Positions 28,295-36,586 of a DNA stretch of 36,586 nt are shown here, piece by piece; positions within the stretch are counted from its first letter, which is position 1; every line of letters starts with the position of its first letter. Made by a program: the position numbers and the translations under genes. Source of the DNA: Planctomycetota bacterium (lineage in GTDB: Bacteria; Planctomycetota; GCA-002687715; DRQF01). The stretch is taken from positions 76,316 to 112,901 of the forward strand of contig JALTLO010000133.1 in the NCBI GenBank assembly GCA_027001995.1. The letters run 5' to 3'. The notes below the pieces were generated by a model. The model searched no databases. It was given only the letters and a program-made list of their open reading frames with translations, and was not told the origin of the DNA.

Positions 28295-29581
28295 TTAGCG
28301 ATCGTCCATGTTGACGAATGCGCGCTGGCCATGGCCTGTGTAGATCTGTCGCGGACGACTAATCCTGGTGGCAGGATCTTGGTTCAATTCACACCAATGA
28401 GCCATCCAACCGGGAAGGCGCCCCAAGGCAAACAAGACAGTGAACATGTTCGTTGGAATACCCAGAGCCCGATAGACGATTCCGCTGTAGAAATCGACAT
28501 TGGGGTAGAGCTTACGTTGGACAAAATACTCATCATTGAGAGCAGCTTGCTCCAACTCATTGGCGATGTCCAACAGAGGATCATCAATGCCCAATGCCTT
28601 CAATGCATCATCACAAGCGGATTTGATGATCCGAGCACGGGGGTCAAAATTTTTGTAGACGCGATGGCCAAAGCCCATCAGACGGACACCGGATTCTTTG
28701 TCCTTGACCTTCTCAATAAATTTCGAGCAATCATCGTCACTGGCTTCGATTTGTTCGAGCATCTCAATGACTTTTTGGTTGGCGCCGCCATGAAGTGGGC
28801 CCCAGAGTGCGCAGATTCCACTGGCCACCGAAGCGTAGAGGTTTGCTTCAGAGGATCCCACAACTCGCACAGTGGATGTGCTGCAATTCTGCTCATGATC
28901 TGCATGCAAAATGAGAATCTTGTTCAACGCTTGGGCAACCTCTGGATCGAGATCATAGTTGCCGTCATCATCGGCAAACATCATGTGCAAGAAGTTGCTG
29001 GTGTAATCTAAGTCTGTTCGAGGAGCCACCGGCTTCCGGCCTGATGTATGGCGAAACGCCATAGCGATCAATGTGGGCAGTTGCCCCAACAAACGTATTA
29101 CCTCTTCTTGACGCTGGGCCCCGTCGTTGGGATCCATATGTCCCTCTCGATAGGTGGAGAGGGCAGTCACCAAGGAAGACAGCACCGCCATGGGATGTCC
29201 ATCAGGAGAAACTGCTGCACAGAGTTTTCCGATCTGTTCGGGGATCTGCGATGCGGCCATCACAGCATCATTGAATTTCTTCAATGCAGCAGCCTGGGGC
29301 AACTCGCCATCGAGAAGAAGTTGAGCGACTTCCAAGAAGGTAGCCTTCTCTGCCAAATCTTCGATGGGGTAACCCCGATAGCGCAAAACTCCGTTCTCAC
29401 CGTCGACGAAACAAATAGCACTTTGGCATGAACCCGTGTTTACGAACCCTGGGTCAAGTGTGATGTAGCCTGTGCTACCTCTCAGCTTGCCAATCACGAG
29501 TCCTTTTTCGTTCTCGGTCCCTTCGACCACAGGGAAACTGATGTTTTTCCCTTCGATGTTCAACTCGACGTCGTTCGCCAT
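28295..29581 (-). CDS. gltA: Citrate synthase (type II-like)
   Basis: DPGFVNTGSC, LRYRGY, ILHADHEQNCST, GPLHGGAN, GFGHRVYKNFDPR and YPNVDFYSG. Confidence 0.98.
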   Translation of the reverse strand: MANDVELNIEGKNISFPVVEGTENEKGLVIGKLRGSTGYITLDPGFVNTGSCQSAICFVDGENGVLRYRGYPIEDLAEKATFLEVAQLLLDGELPQAAALKKFNDAVMAASQIPEQIGKLCAAVSPDGHPMAVLSSLVTALSTYREGHMDPNDGAQRQEEVIRLLGQLPTLIAMAFRHTSGRKPVAPRTDLDYTSNFLHMMFADDDGNYDLDPEVAQALNKILILHADHEQNCSTSTVRVVGSSEANLYASVASGICALWGPLHGGANQKVIEMLEQIEASDDDCSKFIEKVKDKESGVRLMGFGHRVYKNFDPRARIIKSACDDALKALGIDDPLLDIANELEQAALNDEYFVQRKLYPNVDFYSGIVYRALGIPTNMFTVLFALGRLPGWMAHWCELNQDPATRISRPRQIYTGHGQRAFVNMDDR

Positions 29582-29880
29582 TTCACCCTCTTTGTTCTGG
29601 TGCCAAAAAAGATCATCGATTCAGCCGCAAGTCTCAATTAGGAAAGGTTTTCGATATCTTTCCAGATAGATTCCAGCGGCCCTATTCTAAGCCGATGAGA
29701 GCTTTTTCTAAACCACTGGGGGGGAAGATCTCCTATTTTGTTCGTGGAATGGGCGACAGATGGTCTCTACCGCCACTCAGGTCGCCATTTTGCCCCTATA
29801 TTCCGGCGCTAGTCCGAGTCGACCTGACGTTTTTGCGCAAAGAGGGGTGAAATAGGGGAGCCCCAAGGCCTCAATTCGGC

Positions 29881-29912
29881 AGAAAGTAAAGACCCGGGAG
29901 GAGTCTCCCGGG
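29881..29912 (-). terminator. Intrinsic terminator after HEAT-repeat paralog A
   Basis: CCCGGGAG-N4-CTCCCGGG stem, followed on the minus strand by TCTTTACTTTCT. Confidence 0.7.
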
Positions 29913-29933
29913 CCACGAAAAACAGGATTCAAA

Positions 29934-31886
29934 TCACAGAATGGACAACAGTTCACCCAGAGCATCGGTGCGCTGGAGATAATTGTTGTGTTCTGAAATC
30001 TTGGACAGAACAGGAATGTTGTCCTTGTCTCCCAAAAGGCCAAGTGCCACGGTTGCGAATGCCCGTGTCACATCTTGGTATTCATCCACATCACGCACGA
30101 ACTTCACCAAGGAAGAAACTGCACTGACATCGCCGATAAACCCAAGCCCTTGGGTGACGGCGCCATGAACCGCCTTACTGCGAGCTGAGTTTTCCATCTC
30201 ATCCTGCAAGACCTTCAAGGCCCCTTTGTCACCTAAAAGACCTAAGGCAACAGCAGCATTGCGACGCAGATCAATATCACCTTTGTCAGTCACAGTGGTC
30301 CGCACTTCTTGGATCGCTGCATCGTAGTCCATCAGGCCCAAGGAAATACAAAGATGAGATCGAAGAGCTGGATTGCTGCTCTTTTTCAATTCCGCGAGAA
30401 TATCCGCCCCAGCGTTTTGGTAACGCATGATTCCTAAAGCGATGGCATTGGCACCACGAATTCCGGGATTCCTCTCGTTCTTGAAGAACTTGTGAAGCCT
30501 GCGACAGACTTTGTCTTTATCCGAACCACCTCCGAACTTGTCCATATAGATGGCCAAGCCCATAGCAGAAAATGTTCGCATGAAGAGATTGCCCTTCTTT
30601 GACATGCGAATGAGTTCATCCAAATTGGCTGGACCACCGATCTCTCCCATAGAAATGATGGCGAAATTCTTGGCTCCAAGGTCGGGAGAACTCTTGACCA
30701 GCGACTGAAGTGCTTTGACGACTTTGACATCGTCGGACTTCGCGAGTTGCCCCAAGGCAATGGCACAGGATTGAACAACAGCGTTCTTGCCCTTCAGTCC
30801 TTTCAGTAGCGATCCAATCGCCGAAGGAGACCCAATCTTACCCAAAGAAACAGCAGCATAAGAACGGGCTCTCGCTTTGTTCTTTTTGTCGTTCAAGAAC
30901 GCAATAAGAGAGGGCACAGATTCTTCTGCTTTCATGACACCCAAGGCCACGATTGGGCCAATCTGAAGATCCTCTTGAACAACCCTTTTGGCAGACATCT
31001 GGTCGATGAGTGCTTGAACTGCGTTCGTGTCCGACAAATCATTATGGCGAGAACCAATGAGTCCAATGGACATGGCCGCAAAAGCTCTTGTGCGACTCAA
31101 CACACCATGGGGACGCCCCACAAGCTTCCGGCCCGCCTTGGAATCGTTCATGACCTCAATGAGCGCTGGAATCGCCTCCTTGTTTCCCAATATCCCCATG
31201 GCAAGGAACACAGATTCCCTCACTCTCTTGTCTCGATCGTCTGCCAAAGACAGCAAATCAACAAGAGCGCCTTCATGGCCAGTCTTCCCCAAGGCAATGA
31301 GGGCTGCGGCCCGGGTATCATAGAAGTCATCCTTCAACGCGAACTTCAGGACGGGATTGATCTTGTCACGAATCATTTTGGCATTAACAGGACTCACCGC
31401 ATCAGATTGATCCACATCCCCTTCGAATAGATCTCGATTCTTAGTTTCATTGTCTTCTCGGCGAATCTTCGCTTTCAAGTCAAGAAAACGGTCATCGTTA
31501 AAGAACCACCAGGCCGCCCAAGTCAGATTAGCATCCGAACGCGGTTTCTTGATGCTTCCGCCAGTGGAAGCACCTGCCGCTGGGTTGCCGTTTCCACCAG
31601 GCGCTCCCGCTGGTGAACCTGGGACTCCAGAGCCGCCAGTTCCCGGCGTAGAAGTTGGAGTGCCAGTCACGCCACCGACACCACTGCCATTGCCACCTGC
31701 GGTCGAACCAGTCCCGCCACCACCAGGACCTGGAGGCGGACCAGGGTTCCCATTGCCGCCGGGTGCGAATCCACCTGGGCCGCCATAACCTCCTGGCCCT
31801 GAGTAACTGCCACCGTGGGCCAGCGCCATACTGGCAAGAAGGAGTGTGAGCCCCATAAACGAAATCAACCTGAAAAATGTCTTCAT
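29934..31886 (-). CDS. Exported Gly-rich / HEAT(PC-like)-repeat protein, paralog A
   Basis: ATG 31886 with RBS AGGAGGT; signal peptide ending ALA-H; Gly/Pro/Thr linker; WAAWWFFN; about 13 repeats of R-x-x-A-x-x-A-L-G-x-x-G. Confidence 0.9.
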   Translation of the reverse strand: MKTFFRLISFMGLTLLLASMALAHGGSYSGPGGYGGPGGFAPGGNGNPGPPPGPGGGGTGSTAGGNGSGVGGVTGTPTSTPGTGGSGVPGSPAGAPGGNGNPAAGASTGGSIKKPRSDANLTWAAWWFFNDDRFLDLKAKIRREDNETKNRDLFEGDVDQSDAVSPVNAKMIRDKINPVLKFALKDDFYDTRAAALIALGKTGHEGALVDLLSLADDRDKRVRESVFLAMGILGNKEAIPALIEVMNDSKAGRKLVGRPHGVLSRTRAFAAMSIGLIGSRHNDLSDTNAVQALIDQMSAKRVVQEDLQIGPIVALGVMKAEESVPSLIAFLNDKKNKARARSYAAVSLGKIGSPSAIGSLLKGLKGKNAVVQSCAIALGQLAKSDDVKVVKALQSLVKSSPDLGAKNFAIISMGEIGGPANLDELIRMSKKGNLFMRTFSAMGLAIYMDKFGGGSDKDKVCRRLHKFFKNERNPGIRGANAIALGIMRYQNAGADILAELKKSSNPALRSHLCISLGLMDYDAAIQEVRTTVTDKGDIDLRRNAAVALGLLGDKGALKVLQDEMENSARSKAVHGAVTQGLGFIGDVSAVSSLVKFVRDVDEYQDVTRAFATVALGLLGDKDNIPVLSKISEHNNYLQRTDALGELLSIL

Positions 31887-32012
31887 TGCAAAGACCTCCT
31901 GTTTCAAGAGAAACAACCGTTGTTCTGGCCCCGATCGTTTCGGGACTCTCATTGCGGTGTTTCGCTTGGATGGAAAGTGGCTTTCACCACGACCATGGAC
32001 ATCCTTGGAATC

Positions 32013-32027
32013 GCAAGGGGTGTGCCA
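32013..32027 (-). promoter_or_regulatory. Sigma54 (-24/-12) promoter of paralog A
   Basis: Minus strand reads TGGCACACCCCTTGC (GG-N10-GC), matching the TGGCAC-N5-TTGC consensus. Confidence 0.82.
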
Positions 32028-32176
32028 ATGACAACTTGGCAAAACTGCCAAAGCTCAAAGAAGCCCGAATCCGCTTTCAGAAAGCACATGCGGCACCTGA
32101 CCCAATTCCAGCATCAACAAATTGCAGTTTTTTTAGTCGTTCAAGATCCAGAATGGAAGCGAGAAGAAACTCAACT

Positions 32177-32197
32177 TGTTTCCCTTGGGTAACGACA
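32177..32197. promoter_or_regulatory. Putative enhancer (bEBP-binding UAS), copy A
   Basis: TGTTTCCCTTGGGTAACGACA, 19/21 identical to 34918-34938 and 150 bp upstream of the -24 element. Confidence 0.6.
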
Positions 32198-32631
32198 GTC
32201 TAACCCGCCATTTTCCTCGGATTGTGAGTGTGGCGCTGGAACTCGGGTCACTGGCCTTCAGGTTAGTTTTCTTGCTCGTTCTTCTTCTCAGTACATGCCA
32301 GATTTGAACAGCGTTCGAGTTCGAGCAAAGAGAAATGGGCGACCATGGACACGAATTTCAGATGCCAAGCAATACCTGCCAAACTCTCAGCCGCGCATGA
32401 TACGGAGATAGCAAGCAGACGGTTTGAATCAGCCAGGGTTGGTCAAGAAAGACGGTTGAGGAAGCGTGCCCTTGTGAGGGGAATCAGGGCCTATGCGATG
32501 ACCCCTTTACCTCTCAGACTTCAAACGCTTGAGGCTCTTGTCCCATCAAGAGAAACGAAACAGGCCGCGGCTCTGGCTATAGGAAAGGGAAAGGGGACTT
32601 CCCTGCCAAGATGGCGATCGATTGTGATACT

Positions 32632-32665
32632 AAAAAGCGGCCTCAGTCAGCATGACTGAGGCCGC
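32632..32665 (-). terminator. Strong intrinsic terminator after HEAT-repeat paralog B
   Basis: Perfect 13-bp stem GCGGCCTCAGTCA-N3-TGACTGAGGCCGC, followed by TTTTT on the minus strand. Confidence 0.9.
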
Positions 32666-32686
32666 CTAAATCAACTGGTGGTAACC

Positions 32687-34642
32687 TTAGAGGATCGTAA
32701 GAACCTCACCCATTGCATCGGTGCGCTGGAGATAGTTGTTGTACATCGAAATCTTGGAGAGAATAGGGATGTTGTCCTTGTCACCTAAGAGGCCAAGAGC
32801 AACCGCTGCAAAAGCACGAGTCACATCCTGATACTCTTGAGTATCGCGAACAAACTTCACCAAGATAGGCACAGCACTCACATCGCCAATGAAACCAAGA
32901 CCTTGAGTCACGGCACCATGGACAGCTTTACTGCGAGCCGAATTGCTCATCTCGTCTTGCAACACTTTCAATGCACCCTTGTCACCCAAAAGGCCCAAGG
33001 CGATAGCAGCGTTACGACGAAGATCAATGTCACCCTTGAAGGTCACTGTAGCGCGCACTTCTTTGACTGCTGCATCGTAGCCCATAAGGCCAAGAGCAAT
33101 ACAAAGATGTGAACGAAGCGAGGCTTGGCCACCCTTCTTAAGAACCTTCAAAATGTCCGGGCCAGCTTCCTTGTATTTCATGATACCCATAGCAATTGCA
33201 GTGGAGCCACGAATATCAAGATTCTTCTCACTCTTGAAGAACTTGTGGAGGCGCTTGCAAACGTTTAAGCGTTCGACATCACCCTTGTTCTTTTCCATGT
33301 AAACTGCAAGTCCCATGGCAGAGAAAGTCCGCACGAAAAGGTTACCCTTTTTTGACATACGAATCAGCTCATTCAAGTTGGCAGGACCACCGATTTCGCC
33401 CATCGAAATGATAGCGAAATTCTTTGCTCCCAAGTCAGGAGAACTCTTGACTAACTTCTGCAACCCCTTCACAACCTTCACGTTGCCTGGTTTCGCCAGA
33501 AGACCAAGAGCCATGGCACAAGATTGAACCACGCCATTTTGCTTGTCCTTCAGACCTTTTAACAAAGGTTTGATAGCAGAAGGGGAACCAATCTTGCCCA
33601 AAGTTGTGGCAACATAAGAACGGACCTGAGCTTTATTGCTCTTGTTCTTCAAGAACTTGATCAATTCAGGGACAGCGTCATTAGCACGCATGACTCCCAA
33701 AGCAACCACAGGGGCAATTTGCAAATCCAGCTGGTTCTTCTCTTTACTCACCATCATATCCAGAAGAGCCTTGACTGCATCTGTGTCAGATAGGTCTGCG
33801 TGCCTCGAGCCAATTAAGCCAATGGCCATGGCAGCAAAAGCACGGGTGCGAACCAAAATGCCATTAGGCCGCCCAACCAACTTGCGAGCTGCTTTGGAAT
33901 CGGTCATGACCTCGATCAGAGTTGGGATTGCTTCTTTGTTGCCAAGAATTCCCATGGCCAAGAAAACCGACTCACGGACACTCTTGTTCTCATCCGCTGC
34001 CAAGGACTTCAAGTCAGCCAAAGCATCAGCGCTACCGGTTTTACCAAGAGCGATGAGAGCTGCCGCCCGGGTGTCATAGAAGTCATCCTTGAGGGCAAAC
34101 TTTAGAACAGGATTGATTTTGTCACGAATCATTTTTGCGTTCACGGTATTGATTTCTTCAGTTTGATCTGAAGCACCGGTGAACAAATCCGCGTTCTCTG
34201 TTTCATTCTTTTCGCTGCGAATTCTCGCTTTGAGATTGAGGTAGCGGTCATCGTTAAAGAACCACCAAGCGGCCCAAGTCAGGTTGACATCGCTCTTGGC
34301 TTTTTTTACGCCACTTGTGACCCCGCCTGAACCTGGAGCAGCTCCGCCGCCTCCAGGGGCTCCGCCACCGGGAACACCACCAGGTGCGCCACCTGTGCCG
34401 CCACCGGGAGCCGTCGCAGCACCGCCGCCGGTGGTGCCGCCACCGGTTGCACCACCACCACCGGTGGTACCACCACCGGCTGGTCCTGGTCCTGGTCCTG
34501 GAGTACCACCACCAGATGGGGCGAAGCCACCACCAGTACCGCCACCGCCAGGTCCGGAATAGTTTCCGCCGTGAGCGTAAGCAAAGCTCGCGACGAATAG
34601 AAAAATGCCCATAAATGAGGCAAGTAAAACGAATCTCTTCAT
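32687..34642 (-). CDS. Exported Gly-rich / HEAT(PC-like)-repeat protein, paralog B
   Basis: ATG 34642 with RBS GGGAGGT; signal peptide ending AYA-H; Gly/Pro/Thr/Ala linker; WAAWWFFN; about 13 helical repeats; collinear with paralog A. Confidence 0.9.
   Translation of the reverse strand: MKRFVLLASFMGIFLFVASFAYAHGGNYSGPGGGGTGGGFAPSGGGTPGPGPGPAGGGTTGGGGATGGGTTGGGAATAPGGGTGGAPGGVPGGGAPGGGGAAPGSGGVTSGVKKAKSDVNLTWAAWWFFNDDRYLNLKARIRSEKNETENADLFTGASDQTEEINTVNAKMIRDKINPVLKFALKDDFYDTRAAALIALGKTGSADALADLKSLAADENKSVRESVFLAMGILGNKEAIPTLIEVMTDSKAARKLVGRPNGILVRTRAFAAMAIGLIGSRHADLSDTDAVKALLDMMVSKEKNQLDLQIAPVVALGVMRANDAVPELIKFLKNKSNKAQVRSYVATTLGKIGSPSAIKPLLKGLKDKQNGVVQSCAMALGLLAKPGNVKVVKGLQKLVKSSPDLGAKNFAIISMGEIGGPANLNELIRMSKKGNLFVRTFSAMGLAVYMEKNKGDVERLNVCKRLHKFFKSEKNLDIRGSTAIAMGIMKYKEAGPDILKVLKKGGQASLRSHLCIALGLMGYDAAVKEVRATVTFKGDIDLRRNAAIALGLLGDKGALKVLQDEMSNSARSKAVHGAVTQGLGFIGDVSAVPILVKFVRDTQEYQDVTRAFAAVALGLLGDKDNIPILSKISMYNNYLQRTDAMGEVLTIL
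34310..34575 (-). repeat. Low-complexity Gly-codon-rich repeat tract (linker of paralog B)
   Basis: (CCA/CCG)n runs on the plus strand and (TGGTCC)x3 at 34481-34498, encoding GPGPGP and GGGxTGGG units. Confidence 0.75.
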
Positions 34643-34767
34643 GCTGGAATACCTCCCAAGTGAGAGACCACCGAAATTTGAAGCCCGCGAACACTTCGCA
34701 GACCACATCTTCTTGCCTTCTTAACCCGAAGAATTCGGAATGGCAGGAATAAGACAGTGATACTTTC

Positions 34768-34782
34768 GCAAAAGCGATGCCA
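34768..34782 (-). promoter_or_regulatory. Sigma54 (-24/-12) promoter of paralog B
   Basis: Minus strand reads TGGCATCGCTTTTGC (GG-N10-GC). Confidence 0.82.
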
Positions 34783-34917
34783 AAGCCATCAAACGACGAT
34801 TGACATATAGCGTCAACCATAACACCCTTGTTCATCGTCACTTAAGGAACAAGTAGGCAGGAGATAGTCAGATAGCCTGGATTACTATGGGCTTCAAAAG
34901 TAACACTAAAGGTAGAA

Positions 34918-34938
34918 TGTTTCCGTTTGGTAACGACA
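34918..34938. promoter_or_regulatory. Putative enhancer (bEBP-binding UAS), copy B
   Basis: TGTTTCCGTTTGGTAACGACA, 19/21 identical to 32177-32197 and 136 bp upstream of the -24 element. Confidence 0.6.
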
Positions 34939-35162
34939 CCTGCATTCTCCGCGTCATAATTCTAAAGGAAACCTCTATTCTGAAGAGGATAAAGCTAGAC
35001 TCAAGCGGCAAATATGCCTCAACACAATTGGCTCCTCCCGGATCGTAACAACCATCTCAGAGGCGATAATTGCCCCCAAACAAAGCGGGTGCAACGATTT
35101 GCCTCCATCGACCTGGACTCATACAACTGATGGACTCAAAACCCGGGAAAACCCACAAACCC

Positions 35163-36586
35163 ATGATCATTGCATTAGCCCAGATCAATACCACCCAAGG
35201 GGATGTCCCCAAAAACTTTGCGGCCATCCGCCAAGAAACGGAAAAAGCCCATGACCTCGGTGTGAGGCTACTGGTCTTCCCTGAACTTTCTCTTTGCGGC
35301 TACTGCCCCAAAGATGTTCTCTTTCTGGCCTCATTCATAAAGCGCACAGAAGAAGCAGTCCTTCGACTGAGCCAAGTCATTCCTCAAGGTATCGCCATCT
35401 TGGTGGGCACCGCACGCTATTCCTCCGCAATGGAGAGCGGCAAACGAGTCCTTAACTCGGCCTGCCTCATTGAAAGGGGACAATTTACCTACGTGGCTGA
35501 CAAGATGCTCTTGCCAAATTACGATGTCTTCGATGAAGCCCGCTACTTTATTCCTGGCGTTGACGTCTCAACATTCGACTTGGATGGCAAACGATTCGGG
35601 GCAACAATCTGTGAAGATATTTGGGGGGAAGTGGGGGGCGATCCGGGAATGCCCAATTATGGGCAAGACCCGGCCAAACAACTGGTTGAACAGGGAGCAA
35701 GCTACTTACTCAACTTGAGTGCGTCACCCTTTGCCTTAGGGAAAATCGACCTGCGCCGCCAGTTGGTCCAAACCCAAGCCAAACGCTTAAGTGTTCCATT
35801 CGCTCTTTGCAATTTGGTGGGGGGGAATGATGAGATCGTCTTCGACGGATCATCGCTTTTTGCCAGCCGTGATGGGGTGGTCGTCGCCCACGGAAAGAGT
35901 TTCGAGACCGACCTGCTGATCTGTGACACGGAACAGATGTCTGAAGACTTTGGAACTCAAACGCCGTCTCTTTGCGAACACGAGCAGCTTCGCCGGGCCT
36001 TGGTCATAGGGGTTCGAGACTACGCCCACAAAAGTGGTTTTTCACGAGCAATCTTAGGACTCTCTGGTGGTATCGATTCAGCTTTGACCGCTGCAATCGC
36101 TGTGGAAGCGCTGGGATCAGAAAACGTTCACGGTGTCAGTATGCCGTCCCAGTACTCTGCAGAGATGAGCTTTGACGACGCCAAAGAAATTGCTGACAAC
36201 TTACAGATGCCGTTCTCGACAATTCCGATTGAGACGGTTTTTGATGGGACTTTAGAAACCTTGTCACCCCACTTCGAATCAACAGAATCCGGTGTCACAG
36301 AAGAAAACCTACAGCCAAGAATTCGAGGCATGTACTTGATGGCTCTATCCAACAAGCATCATGCTCTATTGCTTTCCACAGGAAACAAATCGGAATTGTC
36401 TGTTGGCTATTGCACCCTCTACGGTGATATGTGCGGAGGTCTGGCGGTTCTCTCTGATCTTCCCAAGGGGCGGGTGTACTCCCTTTCTCGGTATCTAAAC
36501 CAACAGGGCCGAGAGATCATCCCCCAAAGGACCATCGACCGGGCTCCTTCAGCAGAACTCAGGCCCGATCAGAAGGACAGCGATTC
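35163..36586 (+). CDS. nadE: Glutamine-dependent NAD+ synthetase (3' end runs off the window)
   Basis: Manual translation from ATG 35163: MIIALAQIN..., nitrilase triad in FPEL, DKMLLPNYDVFDE and ICEDIW, then synthetase motifs GLSGGIDS, ENLQPRIRG and TGNKSE...GYCTLYGD. No stop before the window end, so it is absent from the ORF track. Confidence 0.96.
   Translation, partial: MIIALAQINTTQGDVPKNFAAIRQETEKAHDLGVRLLVFPELSLCGYCPKDVLFLASFIKRTEEAVLRLSQVIPQGIAILVGTARYSSAMESGKRVLNSACLIERGQFTYVADKMLLPNYDVFDEARYFIPGVDVSTFDLDGKRFGATICEDIWGEVGGDPGMPNYGQDPAKQLVEQGASYLLNLSASPFALGKIDLRRQLVQTQAKRLSVPFALCNLVGGNDEIVFDGSSLFASRDGVVVAHGKSFETDLLICDTEQMSEDFGTQTPSLCEHEQLRRALVIGVRDYAHKSGFSRAILGLSGGIDSALTAAIAVEALGSENVHGVSMPSQYSAEMSFDDAKEIADNLQMPFSTIPIETVFDGTLETLSPHFESTESGVTEENLQPRIRGMYLMALSNKHHALLLSTGNKSELSVGYCTLYGDMCGGLAVLSDLPKGRVYSLSRYLNQQGREIIPQRTIDRAPSAELRPDQKDSD

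Noticed and set aside
28277..29011. 244-aa plus-strand ORF
   Set aside because: Antisense shadow of gltA with no independent motifs.
31887..32051. ORF-track N-terminal extensions of the HEAT paralogs (also 34643-34708)
   Set aside because: The true starts are marked by strong RBSs and signal peptides, and the paralog A extension overlaps its own promoter.
32345..32659. 104-aa ORF between the two paralogs
   Set aside because: It has no RBS or recognisable domain and its end runs through the terminator hairpin. Small-protein status cannot be fully excluded.
34310..34575. Repetitive GC-rich tract as a possible CRISPR array or VNTR
   Set aside because: It is irregular Gly-codon low complexity inside a CDS, with no repeat-spacer structure and no cas genes in the window.

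Overview
Bacterial chromosomal segment of roughly 50% GC, with no rRNA, tRNA, CRISPR array or mobile element that I can recognise. The style of the exported HEAT-repeat proteins suggests a Planctomycetota-like organism, but this is inference only. Most of the window is housekeeping: a trxA-nrnA-MBL hydrolase-pepA operon; ispG; an isolated eboB-eboA pair; a HEAT-like lipoprotein, DUF366, LPG-synthase-type membrane protein, PfkB kinase and thpR cluster; a DAACS transporter with pgi; an RluA-tgt-methyltransferase RNA-modification operon; two exported S9 peptidases; type III glutamine synthetase; aminopeptidase P; a CDF transporter; citrate synthase; and a truncated glutamine-dependent NAD synthetase that the ORF track misses. 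The most unusual element is at 29.9-34.9 kb: two tandem paralogous exported proteins. Each has a signal peptide, a predicted mature N-terminus HGGxYSGPGG, a ~90 aa Gly/Pro/Thr linker, a WAAWWFFN motif and ~13 HEAT/PC-like repeats. Each gene has its own near-consensus sigma54 -24/-12 promoter 126-127 bp upstream of the start codon, a shared 21-bp upstream motif (19/21 identical) at enhancer distance, and its own terminator.
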